Assembly (NCBI GenBank): GCA_963666215.2
Contig: CAXWPL010000005.1
Span: forward strand, 1,088,001-1,152,000
Source: Acidobacteriota bacterium
Lineage (GTDB): Bacteria > Acidobacteriota > UBA890 > WLXD01
DNA: 64,000 bases
Direction: 5' to 3'
In this document: in pieces, positions 39,264-49,182 of the stretch
Layout: each line of letters opens with the position of its first letter
How positions within the stretch are numbered: position 1 is the first letter of the stretch
The notes under the pieces: model-generated
The model's input: only the letters and a program-made list of their open reading frames with translations
Database searches by the model: none
Told to the model about the DNA's origin: nothing
Position numbers and translations under genes: made by a program

Positions 39264-41311
39264 CAGCGACCAGCCTCGTGGGCGCCCATGCCGGCTCCGG
39301 CGACCTCGGAGCTCCGGCTCGACGGCAGCAACAACTGGCGACCGGCTGCAAGTTGCTCGTCGAGCTCCTCGAGTCGAAAACGCACGCTCACGATGTACGG
39401 CTCCTCGCCGGCGGTCCAATGCCCGTAGCTGGTCGCGACGATCATGCCCCGGTCGGGCCCACCAGCCAACAACTCAACGCCCGGGTAGGCGGCGTCGGCA
39501 TCGACCAAGTTGTCCATCAACCGAACCCGGTACTCCCCCTCGCGGCCGGCGATGATGTCGTCGTAGTGGCCGACTCATCCCACCCAGTCACCCTTCGTCG
39601 GGCTGTCGCGTGTGGTGTCTCGAAAGGAAATGAATAGCCGCCCGTCGGGAGCGTACACCGCGGCATGGCGATCGCCGGTGAGCGCGGCCGGAAGCTCGCG
39701 AGGCGTGCTCCAAGTCTTCCCTTCATCGTCCGAAAAAATCACGAACGAGTTGCGCGTCCGCGAGTTCTCCCGCAGCAGCAGGGCCATCTGGGAGCCGTCG
39801 GGCGACCGCACCAGTCCCGGCTCGCACAGTTGGGCCGCTGCATGCGTTGCGATCACCTCGGGCTGTGACCAGCGCCTTCCGGCGTCGCTCGAGGTCGTCT
39901 GATACACCCAGAACTTGCGCTGACGCTCGCCGCCAGCACGGATGAACCGGCCGTCGTCATGAAAGAAGGCGGTCAACCGACCCGAGGAGTCCGATGCCGC
40001 CAGCGATGCCATGGCCACGATGCCGCCAAAATCACCGATGGGCTCGAGCTCGGACCAGGTGGCTCCCTCGTCGTCGGAGCGCGCCATGCGGATGGGATGC
40101 AACCCAGAGAACAACAGCAGCCGGTTGCGGCCACCGTTACCCGAGCGCCGCGGCACGCTGTAGATCGTCGGTGTTTCGCGCGACGTGGCAAAGCTCAGGG
40201 GCGTGGGCAATCGCTCCGACCACGTCGCGCCACCGTCGTCTGAGCGCTTCACGACAATGGCGCCGGTGCCGTGTCCCTTGGGGTAGACCGCAAGCATGGT
40301 GTGTCCGTCCGCCAAGAGCACCGTGTCTGGATGACCGAGGTACTGATTGGCCTCCCGATCGACGACGACCTGACGAGCGTGGTCACGCGCCAGGTCGACG
40401 ACAGGAATACCGAAGCCCGGCGTCATCCCCGAGCGTGCGGCGATGGTGCGCGAGATCCGAGCACGCTCGGCAGCCCGCAACACCGGATCGGCCAGAAGCT
40501 GCGCGATCAACGCATGCCCACGATCGCTCGGGTGCATGCCATCGGCCAGGAGCTCATCTGTGGAAGTCGGGCTGGGGCCGGTTCCTTCCGACGACTCATA
40601 CTCCACGAACGTCTGGAAAACGTCCACGAGCTCCACATCCTGGCGCGCCGCCACCTGACGCACGACCTCGGCGTAGTCACGTAGCACGACGTTGAGTCCC
40701 CACCGGTCGTCGAGATCGTAGGGCGGGAAGCGCCACTTGCGGCGCAGCTGCGGGGTCCAGAGCAACGGGTTCGGCGTCAGCAGAACCGGCTCGGCCCCCT
40801 GCGACCGGGCTATGCGGACGTAGTACTCGAGAAGCTCGGCGAACCGCGACTGGCTGACGAAAGGATCGGTGCGCCGCGCGCGACCATCGACCGCCGCGTC
40901 GTTGATGCCGAACTGAATGAGCACGATGTCGGGATCGCGATGCAGGACGTCGACATCGAATCTGCGACGAGCGGCCTCGAGGGTCTCACCCGGTCCCGCG
41001 GCATTGAAGGAGGTCGCTTCCACGCCCCGATCCCGCAGCAGCTCTGCCAGGCGCTCGTCGTAGGCGCGCTCGACGCCGTCGAGCGCCGCCACCGTGGAGT
41101 CGGCAAATGCCACCACGCGCAACGTCTCCTGTGCAGACAGGCGCGCCGCGGCGGCACTGGACGCGGGTGGAACCCCGGGAACCGCGAGCGCCAGCAGACC
41201 GACCACCAGACACCCCTTCGTGCCGACGACCTCGGCGATGTGGCGGGCGCCAGATCGCCGCGCAGTCGATAGCGCTGTCGATTGCGGAGATGGCGCCCAT
41301 CCCGAGGTCAT
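39263..41311 (-). pseudogene. Exported SGNH esterase + BNR/sialidase-like fusion with an in-frame TGA at 39575-39577
   Basis: SGNH blocks AFADS, QFGINDA, DGMHP; Asp-boxes SDDGGATW, SDDEGATW, SSDAGRRW, SDDEGKTW. GDWVG*VGHYDDIIAGREGEYRVRLMDN continues in frame to the stop at 39263, so TGG>TGA is likely. Confidence 0.85.
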
Positions 41312-41718
41312 AGCGGCTCCGATTCGATCGTCACCGCATCGATCTCGATGGTCTTGCCGTCCGGCCCCACGGGCCCAAACCAGCGATCGACGCGGCCACG
41401 AGCGAATTTCCTCATCTTCGGAGTCACCATCGATGCCACCGCGGCGAGCGCCAGCACGAGAACACCGAGGTCGTCGGTAAATCCCGCCCCCGGGATCAGG
41501 TCCGGAATCGCGTCGATGGGCGAGATGAAGTAGCCGAGCGCGCCGACAATGGTCGTTTTGGCCCAGGCTGGGGTTTCCGGGTCCTTCAGCACGAGGTACA
41601 GCAGAAGCGCCTTCTCCACCACCTCCTTGCCGGCGGCGCGCGCATAGCGCGACATCTTGGCATTGAAGCTCTCGTCGTTGTACCTCGAGGCGTACTTCGC
41701 GCTGCTCCGGTCACTCAT
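41308..41718 (-). CDS. YkvA/DUF1232-family membrane protein
   Basis: DPETPAWAK..IVGALGYFISPIDAIPDLIPGAGFTDDLGVL. Confidence 0.9.
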   Translation of the reverse strand: MSDRSSAKYASRYNDESFNAKMSRYARAAGKEVVEKALLLYLVLKDPETPAWAKTTIVGALGYFISPIDAIPDLIPGAGFTDDLGVLVLALAAVASMVTPKMRKFARGRVDRWFGPVGPDGKTIEIDAVTIESEPL

Positions 41719-41720
41719 CG

Positions 41721-42440
41721 TCAGCGGTCCAATGAACGCTCGCGTATGCGCAGGCCTCGCCAGCGCACCTTGATGCCGCCACCGTCGTGGATTTGCAGCG
41801 CGATCGAACCGGTGGCCGCGCCGATCTTGTCGTCGGTGAGATCGATCATCTCGACGCCGTTGAGCCATGTCGTCACGTGACCAGCCACCACGAGGAGTCG
41901 CATCTCGTTCCACTCGCCCATACGCAGCGCACCATCCTTGGCCGGTTCCGGTTGGATCAGCCATCCGCGCCCGTACGACTCGTAAATGCCCCCGGTAAAG
42001 CTGCCGGGTGGAGCAACTTCGGCCTGCCAGCCGGTGATGCGCGTGCCCTCGATCGACGAACGGAAGAAAACGCCGCTGTTGCCATCGGCCTCTTGCTTGA
42101 ATTCGACGACCAGCTCGAAGTCGCGATACTCGCGTTCAGTAGCAAGATAGCCGTAGGCAGCGTCGGGCCCCGACTCGCAGACGAGCTCGCCCTGAGCCGC
42201 GTCGTCTGGGTGGTCCACGTACCAGAGCTCGGTGCCGTGGATACGCCAGCCGCTCAAGTCGACGCCGTTGAAGAGAAGTTGCCAGCCGTCCTGCCCGTCG
42301 AGATCCTGAGCCACCGCTGCCACCTGGCTCGCCATCGGCAGAAGAGCGAGCAACGCCAGGCCGCTGACCCGTCGCGAAGCGCGGGCGATGGGCGTCACCC
42401 TTCTCGGGCAGGATGGCCGCGCACAGGACGCCACGCGCAT
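41721..42440 (-). CDS. DUF1080 (3-keto-disaccharide hydrolase family) protein
   Basis: WQLLFNGVDLSGW, YRDFEL..EF, GNSGVFFR, GEWN, WLNG, GSIALQIHDG; signal-like N-terminus. Confidence 0.9.
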   Translation of the reverse strand: MRVASCARPSCPRRVTPIARASRRVSGLALLALLPMASQVAAVAQDLDGQDGWQLLFNGVDLSGWRIHGTELWYVDHPDDAAQGELVCESGPDAAYGYLATEREYRDFELVVEFKQEADGNSGVFFRSSIEGTRITGWQAEVAPPGSFTGGIYESYGRGWLIQPEPAKDGALRMGEWNEMRLLVVAGHVTTWLNGVEMIDLTDDKIGAATGSIALQIHDGGGIKVRWRGLRIRERSLDR

Positions 42441-43265
42441 CTACAGCGGCCGGATCTTGACGTTGCGGTACGACACCTCGCCGCCGTGATCCTGAAGCCC
42501 GATCGACCCGCTGCGCGCCATTCCGTGTTGCGGAAATGGCGCGAACTTGCTCGCCGCCACGAGCTCTTTCCAGGCGTCGCTCCAGAGCTCGTACTCGACG
42601 GCCTTGTTGCCGTTGAGCCAGTGCTCGACGTGCCCGTCGTTGATCACGATACGGGCGTGGTTCCACTCGCCGGCGCGCTTGCCGTACTTCTCGGGAGCGG
42701 CGTGCAGGTCGTAGTTGTCGCCGGTGAAGTGCTTGTCCATATCCTCCGCGTCAGCCCAGGCGTCGTCGTCGAGAACCTGAAACTCGGGTGCGTTGTGCCA
42801 GATAGCGGCCCCGGGTATTTCCTGAACCAGGTACAGGATGCCGCTGTTGGATCCTTGGGCAACGCGGAACTCGAGGCTGAGCTCGAAGCTGCCGAACGAG
42901 CGCGCGGTAACGACGTCGCTGCCCTCCCCCTCGGCCTCTGTTCCCTCGGCCAGGCCGTTAGGCGGAACGAAGCTCAGCGTACCGTCGACAGCCATCCAGC
43001 CACTGTCCACGCCGCTTCTCAGCTCGCCGCCGTTGTAGTGGCGCCACCCCTGTGTGCTCTCTCCGTTGAACAGGAGCTGCCAGCCCTGCGCGATCTCTTC
43101 GCTGGTGAGAACGTTGTGCATCGTCCCCTCCTCGCCAGCGGGCGGTGTTGCCGACGCATCGGCGGCGTCCGGGGCGTCGCTCTGGGGCGTCTGCGACGCG
43201 CAGCCGAGGCTCGTCATGGCGAGCACAATGAGCACCCTGACAAGCGCCAAGGACACATTCTTCAT
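42441..43265 (-). CDS. DUF1080 (3-keto-disaccharide hydrolase family) lipoprotein
   Basis: Lipobox SLGC; GWQLLFNG, NSGILY, EFQVLDD, GEWN, VEHWLNG, GSIGLQDHG..VSYRNVKIR. Confidence 0.9.
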   Translation of the reverse strand: MKNVSLALVRVLIVLAMTSLGCASQTPQSDAPDAADASATPPAGEEGTMHNVLTSEEIAQGWQLLFNGESTQGWRHYNGGELRSGVDSGWMAVDGTLSFVPPNGLAEGTEAEGEGSDVVTARSFGSFELSLEFRVAQGSNSGILYLVQEIPGAAIWHNAPEFQVLDDDAWADAEDMDKHFTGDNYDLHAAPEKYGKRAGEWNHARIVINDGHVEHWLNGNKAVEYELWSDAWKELVAASKFAPFPQHGMARSGSIGLQDHGGEVSYRNVKIRPL

Positions 43266-44698
43266 CAGGTCACCACTCTCATGTTCTCGGAATCCCACTT
43301 TGTGATCCGGTCCTCGAAGTAGCTGTCGTTGCACAGCAACGCCGGAGCAGCGGCGCGATAGCCGAAGGTTGCGTCTTCGACGAGTGCCGATCCGTCGCCG
43401 GCGCGGACCGCGTCGATGAACCTTTGCCAGTGGTCGTAGTGAGCGCCGAGGTAGCCCTCCTCGGCGCGCCACACAGGCTCGGCGGGTGGCCGCATACGCT
43501 TGCGCTCGTAGCCCATCCCCATCCCCGACTCTGCCATCGCAGCCGCCGTGAACGCGTCGGGCGCAGGAACCGGTGCGTTGCGATAGACAACAACCTCATC
43601 CCACTTCACGTCCATCGCGCCCTCGCTACCCACTAGTCGCAGGAAGGTCGTGCCCGAGGTGCCATCCACGAAGTTGACGCGCAGCGACAGATTGAACGCC
43701 GGGTGTGAGGCCGACTCGGGGTAGTCGAACATGCCGAGCAGCACGTCGGGCACCTCGCGCCCATCCTCCCAGTAGCGCAAACCGCCCGTAGCAATAATCG
43801 AGCGTGGCCCGTTCGACGAGATAACGAAGTTCAGGCTCGAGAAAAGATGTACGAACAGGTCGCCCGAGACGCCGGTACCGTAGTCGCGATAGCAGCGCCA
43901 GCGGAAGAAGCGCAGCGGGTCGTACTCGCGTCGATGCTCGGCATCCAACGGCTCCTGGTAGCGCTGCCAATCAACGGTGGCCGTCGACTGGTCGTCGGGA
44001 ATCGTGTACTGCCAGGCGCCAACCGGCGAGTTGCGCGCCCAGAAGCCCTCGGCGTAGTTGAGCTCGCCGATTACACCCTGCTGAAAGAGCTCCCTGGCTT
44101 TCTCGTTGCCGAGAGAAGACAGACCCTGACTGCCCACCTGGAAGACTCCCCCGGTCTCGCGCTGCGCCGCGACCACGTCGGCCCCCTCGGCGACGTGATG
44201 CACCATGGGCTTTTCGCAGTAAACAGCCTTGCCAGCGCGCAGCGCGTCGATGGAAATTTGTCTGTGCCAGTGATCAGGCGTGCCGACGATCACAGCGTCG
44301 ATATCGGGACGAGCCAGCACCTCGCGGTAGTCGCGCGTAGTGAACAGATCGGCACCCCAGCGCTCGCGGGCGCGCTCTAGTCGGCCGTCGTAGAGATCAC
44401 ACGCCGCCACCACGCGGGCTCCGGGCACGGTGTCTGCGGTATCAGCATTGGCGCTGCCCATGCCACCGGCGCCGACCACGGCAATCTGCACCTGATCGTT
44501 GGCCTGATGGCGAACCCGACCTGCTGAGCGCGCCAACGTGCCGGTTGCGGCCTCGGTCGTACCGGCAAGACCCTCGGGAAGACTCAGCGGAGCCACCAGC
44601 GCCGCGCCGGCAGCTCGACCGAGGAATTGGCGCCGATTCGAAGGAGTCGGAGAACACGAGGGGCTCGAAGGATTCGGCGGACGGCGTGGTTCGCTCAT
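43265..44698 (-). CDS. Tat-exported Gfo/Idh/MocA oxidoreductase
   Basis: NRRQFLG twin-arginine signal; VVGAGGMG, GTPDHWH, VYCEKP, FQVGSQ, GDLFVH. Confidence 0.92.
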   Translation of the reverse strand: MSEPRRPPNPSSPSCSPTPSNRRQFLGRAAGAALVAPLSLPEGLAGTTEAATGTLARSAGRVRHQANDQVQIAVVGAGGMGSANADTADTVPGARVVAACDLYDGRLERARERWGADLFTTRDYREVLARPDIDAVIVGTPDHWHRQISIDALRAGKAVYCEKPMVHHVAEGADVVAAQRETGGVFQVGSQGLSSLGNEKARELFQQGVIGELNYAEGFWARNSPVGAWQYTIPDDQSTATVDWQRYQEPLDAEHRREYDPLRFFRWRCYRDYGTGVSGDLFVHLFSSLNFVISSNGPRSIIATGGLRYWEDGREVPDVLLGMFDYPESASHPAFNLSLRVNFVDGTSGTTFLRLVGSEGAMDVKWDEVVVYRNAPVPAPDAFTAAAMAESGMGMGYERKRMRPPAEPVWRAEEGYLGAHYDHWQRFIDAVRAGDGSALVEDATFGYRAAAPALLCNDSYFEDRITKWDSENMRVVT

Positions 44699-44720
44699 CG
44701 GTGCTCCATCTGGATCTCGA

Positions 44721-45470
44721 TCATTTCGAAGCGGAGATTGAGGATGGGGTACTGGCGCCAGTGTCGCGACGGACGGTCTCTGCTGGCGGCTGCGCCGCGC
44801 CGGCGAGCTGCTGCAACTCGGCTACCGGGCGCACGGGATCGATGCGAAAAGTGCCCGTGCCGAGCTCGACGGCCGCGCGTGGGAAACGCTCGCCGCCAAT
44901 GAGCAGCGCCGTGGTGACGCCCCCCTTTCGTTCAAGCTCAATACGACGACCGGCTAGCGGACCGCTGTCGATCTCCCCGAACTCTCGAATATCGCGCGCG
45001 TCTCCGTGTTCTTGCGCCTCAGCCGATTCGCCAGCCGGCCCCGAAGTCGCGTCGGCAAAATCGATTGCTGCCGCCGACGCCGCGTCGGCGCCAAGTTGCA
45101 ACCTCAGACGGACGTCCGTCTCGATGATGTACGCGGGCAACTCACCGGAGGATCCCTTCCAGCTGTACAACCCGATCCACGCCGACAGCTCTCCGGCAGC
45201 GGCGGGCGCGCTACCGAGCTCTCCCAGCGGCCGCGCGGCCGGCTCTGAGTCGCCGGACATTGGCTGGGCAGCGGCCAGATCCTCGAGCACGCCGGCGACA
45301 TCGGCAACGCCGACGCCGGAATCCGACGGGATCGCGCCACAACCCGCGAGCACGGATAGTACGAAGAGTCCGAAGAGTCCGAGCGACGCGGTGGTTCGTC
45401 GCCAGTGGCGTCGGCGACGGAGGCGGGCGCGAGAATCAGGAGCGGTACCAGGCGGGCAGCGACGCTTCAC
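44721..45470 (-). CDS. Hypothetical lipoprotein
   Basis: GTG overlaps the ADH stop (GTGA); Arg-rich n-region, hydrophobic h-region, VLAGC lipobox; fills the operon gap. Confidence 0.6.
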   Translation of the reverse strand: MKRRCPPGTAPDSRARLRRRRHWRRTTASLGLFGLFVLSVLAGCGAIPSDSGVGVADVAGVLEDLAAAQPMSGDSEPAARPLGELGSAPAAAGELSAWIGLYSWKGSSGELPAYIIETDVRLRLQLGADAASAAAIDFADATSGPAGESAEAQEHGDARDIREFGEIDSGPLAGRRIELERKGGVTTALLIGGERFPRAAVELGTGTFRIDPVRPVAELQQLAGAAQPPAETVRRDTGASTPSSISASK

Positions 45471-46522
45471 GGCTCGAGGACGACCTTCGTGCATCCGTCG
45501 AGTTTTTCGTCGAACATCCGGTAGGCTTCGGCGCCCTCGGCCAGAGGCAGGCGATGCGAGATCACACGCGTGATGTCGAACGCCCCGCGCTCCGCCTCGA
45601 GCACGATCGGCACCAGACGCTCCATGTAGGTGCGCGCCGGGCAACGGCCGACCCGGTACGTGAGGTTCTTGTCGTAGGCCTCGGTGGGACCGAAGGCAAT
45701 CGTTTCGTCGGTGTGCACACCCACAACAGCAATCGTTCCGCCCGGCCGTACGAGCTCGATAGCCGTGCGCTCCGCGGCGAAGCTACCGACCGCTTCCATG
45801 ACCGCGTCGGCGCCGCGCCCGTCGGTGGCGTGCTGGATCGTTTCGACCACGTTCTCGGCGCGAAAATCAACCGGCACGGCACCCGCCTCCTGCGCCAGCT
45901 CGAGTCGCTCCGCAACACCGTCGATGGCATAGATGATTTCGGCACCAAGAGTGCGCGCGGCATGGATAGCGAGGATCCCCACCGGCCCGCAGCCGATAAC
46001 GGCGTGAACACCCTCGGGCGTCACGCCCGCCATGTCGGCGCAGAAGTAGCCCGTCGAGAACACGTCGCCCAGCAGCAACGCCTGTTCGTTGGAGATGCCG
46101 TCGGGAATTGCCGCCAGAGTGGAGTTGGCCAGGGGAACACGCACGAATTCGGCCTGGCCCCCATGCAGCCCTTGTCCGTCACCAACCCAGCCAAACAGCT
46201 GACCGTGCGGACAACGACAGGTCAATCCGATGCGGCAGTAGTAGCAGCCGCCACAATTCGTGGTGAAGGGGCTGAAGACTCGATCGCCGATCTGTACCGA
46301 GCTCACCTCGGGCCCGGCCTCGACAATCTCGCCGACGAACTCGTGGCCCATCACGGCGCCATAGTCCAGCCCCTCCTCGCGCTCGTGATACGGATGCAAA
46401 TCGGAGCCGCAAATCCCCGCGAGATCGACCTTGACGATGACGTCGGTCGGAGCCTCGAGCGAGGGTTCGGGCACGTCCTCGTGCTCAACTGTGCGGTAGC
46501 CGGCAAAGGTGATTGCGTTCAC
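45467..46522 (-). CDS. Zinc-dependent alcohol dehydrogenase (MDR family)
   Basis: GICGSDLH, GHEFVG, CGGCYYC...C, GGQAEFVRVP, GCGPVG, EAVG. Confidence 0.92.
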   Translation of the reverse strand: MNAITFAGYRTVEHEDVPEPSLEAPTDVIVKVDLAGICGSDLHPYHEREEGLDYGAVMGHEFVGEIVEAGPEVSSVQIGDRVFSPFTTNCGGCYYCRIGLTCRCPHGQLFGWVGDGQGLHGGQAEFVRVPLANSTLAAIPDGISNEQALLLGDVFSTGYFCADMAGVTPEGVHAVIGCGPVGILAIHAARTLGAEIIYAIDGVAERLELAQEAGAVPVDFRAENVVETIQHATDGRGADAVMEAVGSFAAERTAIELVRPGGTIAVVGVHTDETIAFGPTEAYDKNLTYRVGRCPARTYMERLVPIVLEAERGAFDITRVISHRLPLAEGAEAYRMFDEKLDGCTKVVLEP

Positions 46523-46686
46523 GCCGGCCGAGTCTAGCAGGCCGTTGTGGAACCGTGGAGGACATGCCACGCCAGCGAGTCAGAACCACAACACACGGCC
46601 AATCCCCACGCTACCGAATAGAATCTCCCCGCCCGGAATCACCTCGCCGAAAGCGCGCTCAGCGGCCGCCGCCGTGGACGTATGCC

Positions 46687-48470
46687 GTGGGAAACACGCT
46701 CGAACTTGCCGAAACCTCCGCGCACGTCGCCCTGGTTGCTGCGCTCTGCCGCAACGACGAAGCGGCGTTCGTGCGGCAGCTCGACACGGCGCCGCTCAAC
46801 GAGCCGGCCTTCAACGCTTTCATCTCCGATCATCAGCTGGCCGGCCTGCTCTGGTGGCGTCTCGAGAGCTCTGCGGCGCGCCAAGGGCTGCCGGCCTCGA
46901 CGTGGGAGCTGGTGGAGAACCGCGTGCGCAATCAAGTATGGCGCTCGGGCCGCTGCGCCGAGGAGCTCGCGAGGCTATCGGCCGCCTTCAGCGAAGCCAA
47001 CGTGGACCTGCTGACGCTCAAAGGTCTGGCACTCAGCGTGCGATACTACGGCGCCTCCGAACGGCGTCTCTTCTGGGATCTAGACCTGCTGATCCAGCGC
47101 GCCGACGTGGCGCACGCGCTGCGGATCCTGCACGAACACAACTTCATACGCGCGACCACGAGCGGGCTCAGCGACAGCGTCACGACGCGAGTTACACACG
47201 CCATGGAGCTGACCGACGGGAAGATCCGCATCGACCTGCATTGGACGCTCAACAAACATCCGTCGTTTCGCGTGGATCACGAGGCGGTTTGGGCGAACAG
47301 CGAGTCGATCGAGGTCAACGGTCAACCGGTGACTGTGCTGTCGCCCGAACATGAGCTCGCCTTCTGTCTGACGTCAGCCGCGGGCGACGTACACCGCCAT
47401 CGGCTGCGACTGCGCTCGTTCGTTGATGTGCATCGAATGATCACCGCACGTGGAGCCGAACGCAGCTGGGCCGGGTTTCTCGCGCGCCGAGAACCTGAGA
47501 GCACGGCGGGTGTGTGCGAGGGTGTGCTCAGGCTGTTCTACAGGCTGCTGGAGCCCGCGTCTTCGGTGTCGCTGGACACGGGGACGACGGGCATTGCTGG
47601 CGCTGAGGACGGCAGGCGCATGACGCCGACCACGCAGATTACACGGTTAACAAAGAGGAAGCGGAGCAGGCGCCCATCGCGAGACCACGCGCTGCGGCTG
47701 CTCATGCCGTCTGCGCTCGGGCTCCGGGGCAAGCTCTGGGCCGCTGGTTTGCACGAGGGCGGGCGTGCTCGCTACCTCGCTGGCTGGATGCTCGCGGCAC
47801 CACTGCGCATCATGGCGCACGGCCCCGCGGCGACATGGCAACGAATGACGGCTCCTCTGAGGCGACGGCGCAACTCCCGAGTCGACGTCCGCTTCATCGC
47901 CACGAGCAACCGGCCGCTGTCGGAGCTCGCGTGCGGCCGCGGCCTGCGTCTCGACCTCTTTCACCGGATCGCAGCTTTCGTGATTCACCTGCCGCCGCTG
48001 CGCGAGCGGCCTGAAGACACCGTCGACTTGACCGCCTACTTCCTGCTTCAACTCGCCAGCCTCCATGGCGCCGAGCGTAAGCTCGCACCGGGGGGGGGAT
48101 GGACTTACTGCTCCGCCACCCGGTGCCCGGCAACGCGCGCGAGTTGCGCAACGTGTTGCTCCGCGCCTACGCCTCGACCGAGGGCAAAACAATCTCGTCG
48201 GAGACGCTCGAGCACGCATTTCTGCCTGGCTGGGGCCAAGCCGAGCAAGACTTCCGAACAACGTCCAAGAGCAGCGCGCCCCTACGGACGGTCATCCGCG
48301 ACCATCTTCGACACACTCTGGCTGTGGCCGACTTCAACCTCTCGAAGGCGGCGCGCATCCTGGAGATTCCGCGAAGCACGCTGCAGCACTACTTGAACAA
48401 GTACGAGGTCGACACGAATACGGCCGCTGCGAGCCCTGCGCCCGATGTGCGCCTGCGCTCGAGGGGATAA
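46687..48470 (+). CDS. Nucleotidyltransferase (NTP_transf_5-like) fused to the C-terminal part of a sigma54 activator (AAA lid + Fis HTH); frameshift at a G9 run (48090-48098)
   Basis: LKG..L...Y....R...DLDLLI and IDLHW, then VDVRFIATSNR..DLFHRI..IHLPPLRER; after the G run the other frame reads MDLL..HPVPGNARELRNVL..NLSKAARILEIPRSTL. Start uncertain. Confidence 0.75.
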
Positions 48471-48580
48471 TTTTGATCATCAATCGCCCTTATTGATCAT
48501 TCTGACGAGCTGACTCTCGAAAATAGACAGCGTTCCAACGAATTTCTTTCGTAAAAACCGACAATCGGCTGTTGTTAGGG
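48471..48580. promoter_or_regulatory. AT-rich intergenic segment, probable promoter/operator
   Basis: Clearly AT-rich against the GC-rich background; TTGATCAT occurs twice about 20 bp apart; ATCAAT-N7-ATTGAT dyad. Confidence 0.4.
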
Positions 48581-48654
48581 GTAGGACGGGCCTCCAAATC
48601 CGTCTGCTCACGCGTCGGATTCCGGTACACCCGGCGCTCACGCGGCCGCCGCCC

Positions 48655-49098
48655 ATGTTGGGTCCACAACAGCCGACGCCAGTTCTCGAGCGCCAAGGCC
48701 ATCGGCCGCTCTCCGGACGCGAGCTTGCCGCCCGAGCGCGGTCGCACATCCACACGGCGTACGACTCCCCTCTCGGCTGCGACACCGCGATGATCGCCGA
48801 CGCCCTCCAGGTATCGGCCTCACACCTCTGCCACCAGTACCGCAAGGCGTACGGAGCCACGATCGGCAACGAGGTCCGGCAGCTGCGCATTGCGCGCGCC
48901 AGGAATCTTCTGGCCACCACCGACATGCTGATGAAGGAGGTGGCGGCGGCGTGTGGCTACTACAGCAACACCTACCGTACGTTCCACGGCGCCTTCCGGA
49001 GCGTAATGAAGATGTCCCCGCGCGAATACCGGCGTGGAGTTTTCGAAGGGCGGATTCAGCCGGATCATTCGCCCGACCTGCAGTCTCGAGTGAGCTAG
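48655..49098 (+). CDS. Stand-alone AraC-family HTH regulator
   Basis: IADALQVSASHLCHQYRKAYG...RIARARNLLATTDM.MKEVAAACGY....FHGAFRSVMKMSPREYRR; no sensor domain. Confidence 0.85.
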   Translation: MLGPQQPTPVLERQGHRPLSGRELAARARSHIHTAYDSPLGCDTAMIADALQVSASHLCHQYRKAYGATIGNEVRQLRIARARNLLATTDMLMKEVAAACGYYSNTYRTFHGAFRSVMKMSPREYRRGVFEGRIQPDHSPDLQSRVS

Positions 49099-49182
49099 AT
49101 CCGGAACGTCGATCTGCGCGAGCAACAACGCCGCGCGAGCAACAGCGAGCGACGCGGCGTTACACCGGTTGCGCTCTAGCTC

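Noticed and set aside
11688-39577. Stop-codon reassignment (TAG as Pyl/Gln, TGA as Trp/Sec) to explain three in-frame stops
   Set aside because: TAG and TGA both end many intact genes here, often with ATGA/GTGA/TGATG coupling. No pyl/sel genes or suppressor tRNA are in the window, and the TGA replaces an apparent Trp, not a Cys.
46687-48470. Lasso peptide or other RiPP cluster suggested by the nucleotidyltransferase
   Set aside because: No asparagine-synthetase-like cyclase, B2 protease, PqqD protein or precursor ORF in the window.
48565-48676. Retron msr-msd-like RNA bounded by inverted repeats
   Set aside because: No reverse transcriptase in the window, and the right arm lies inside the AraC ORF.
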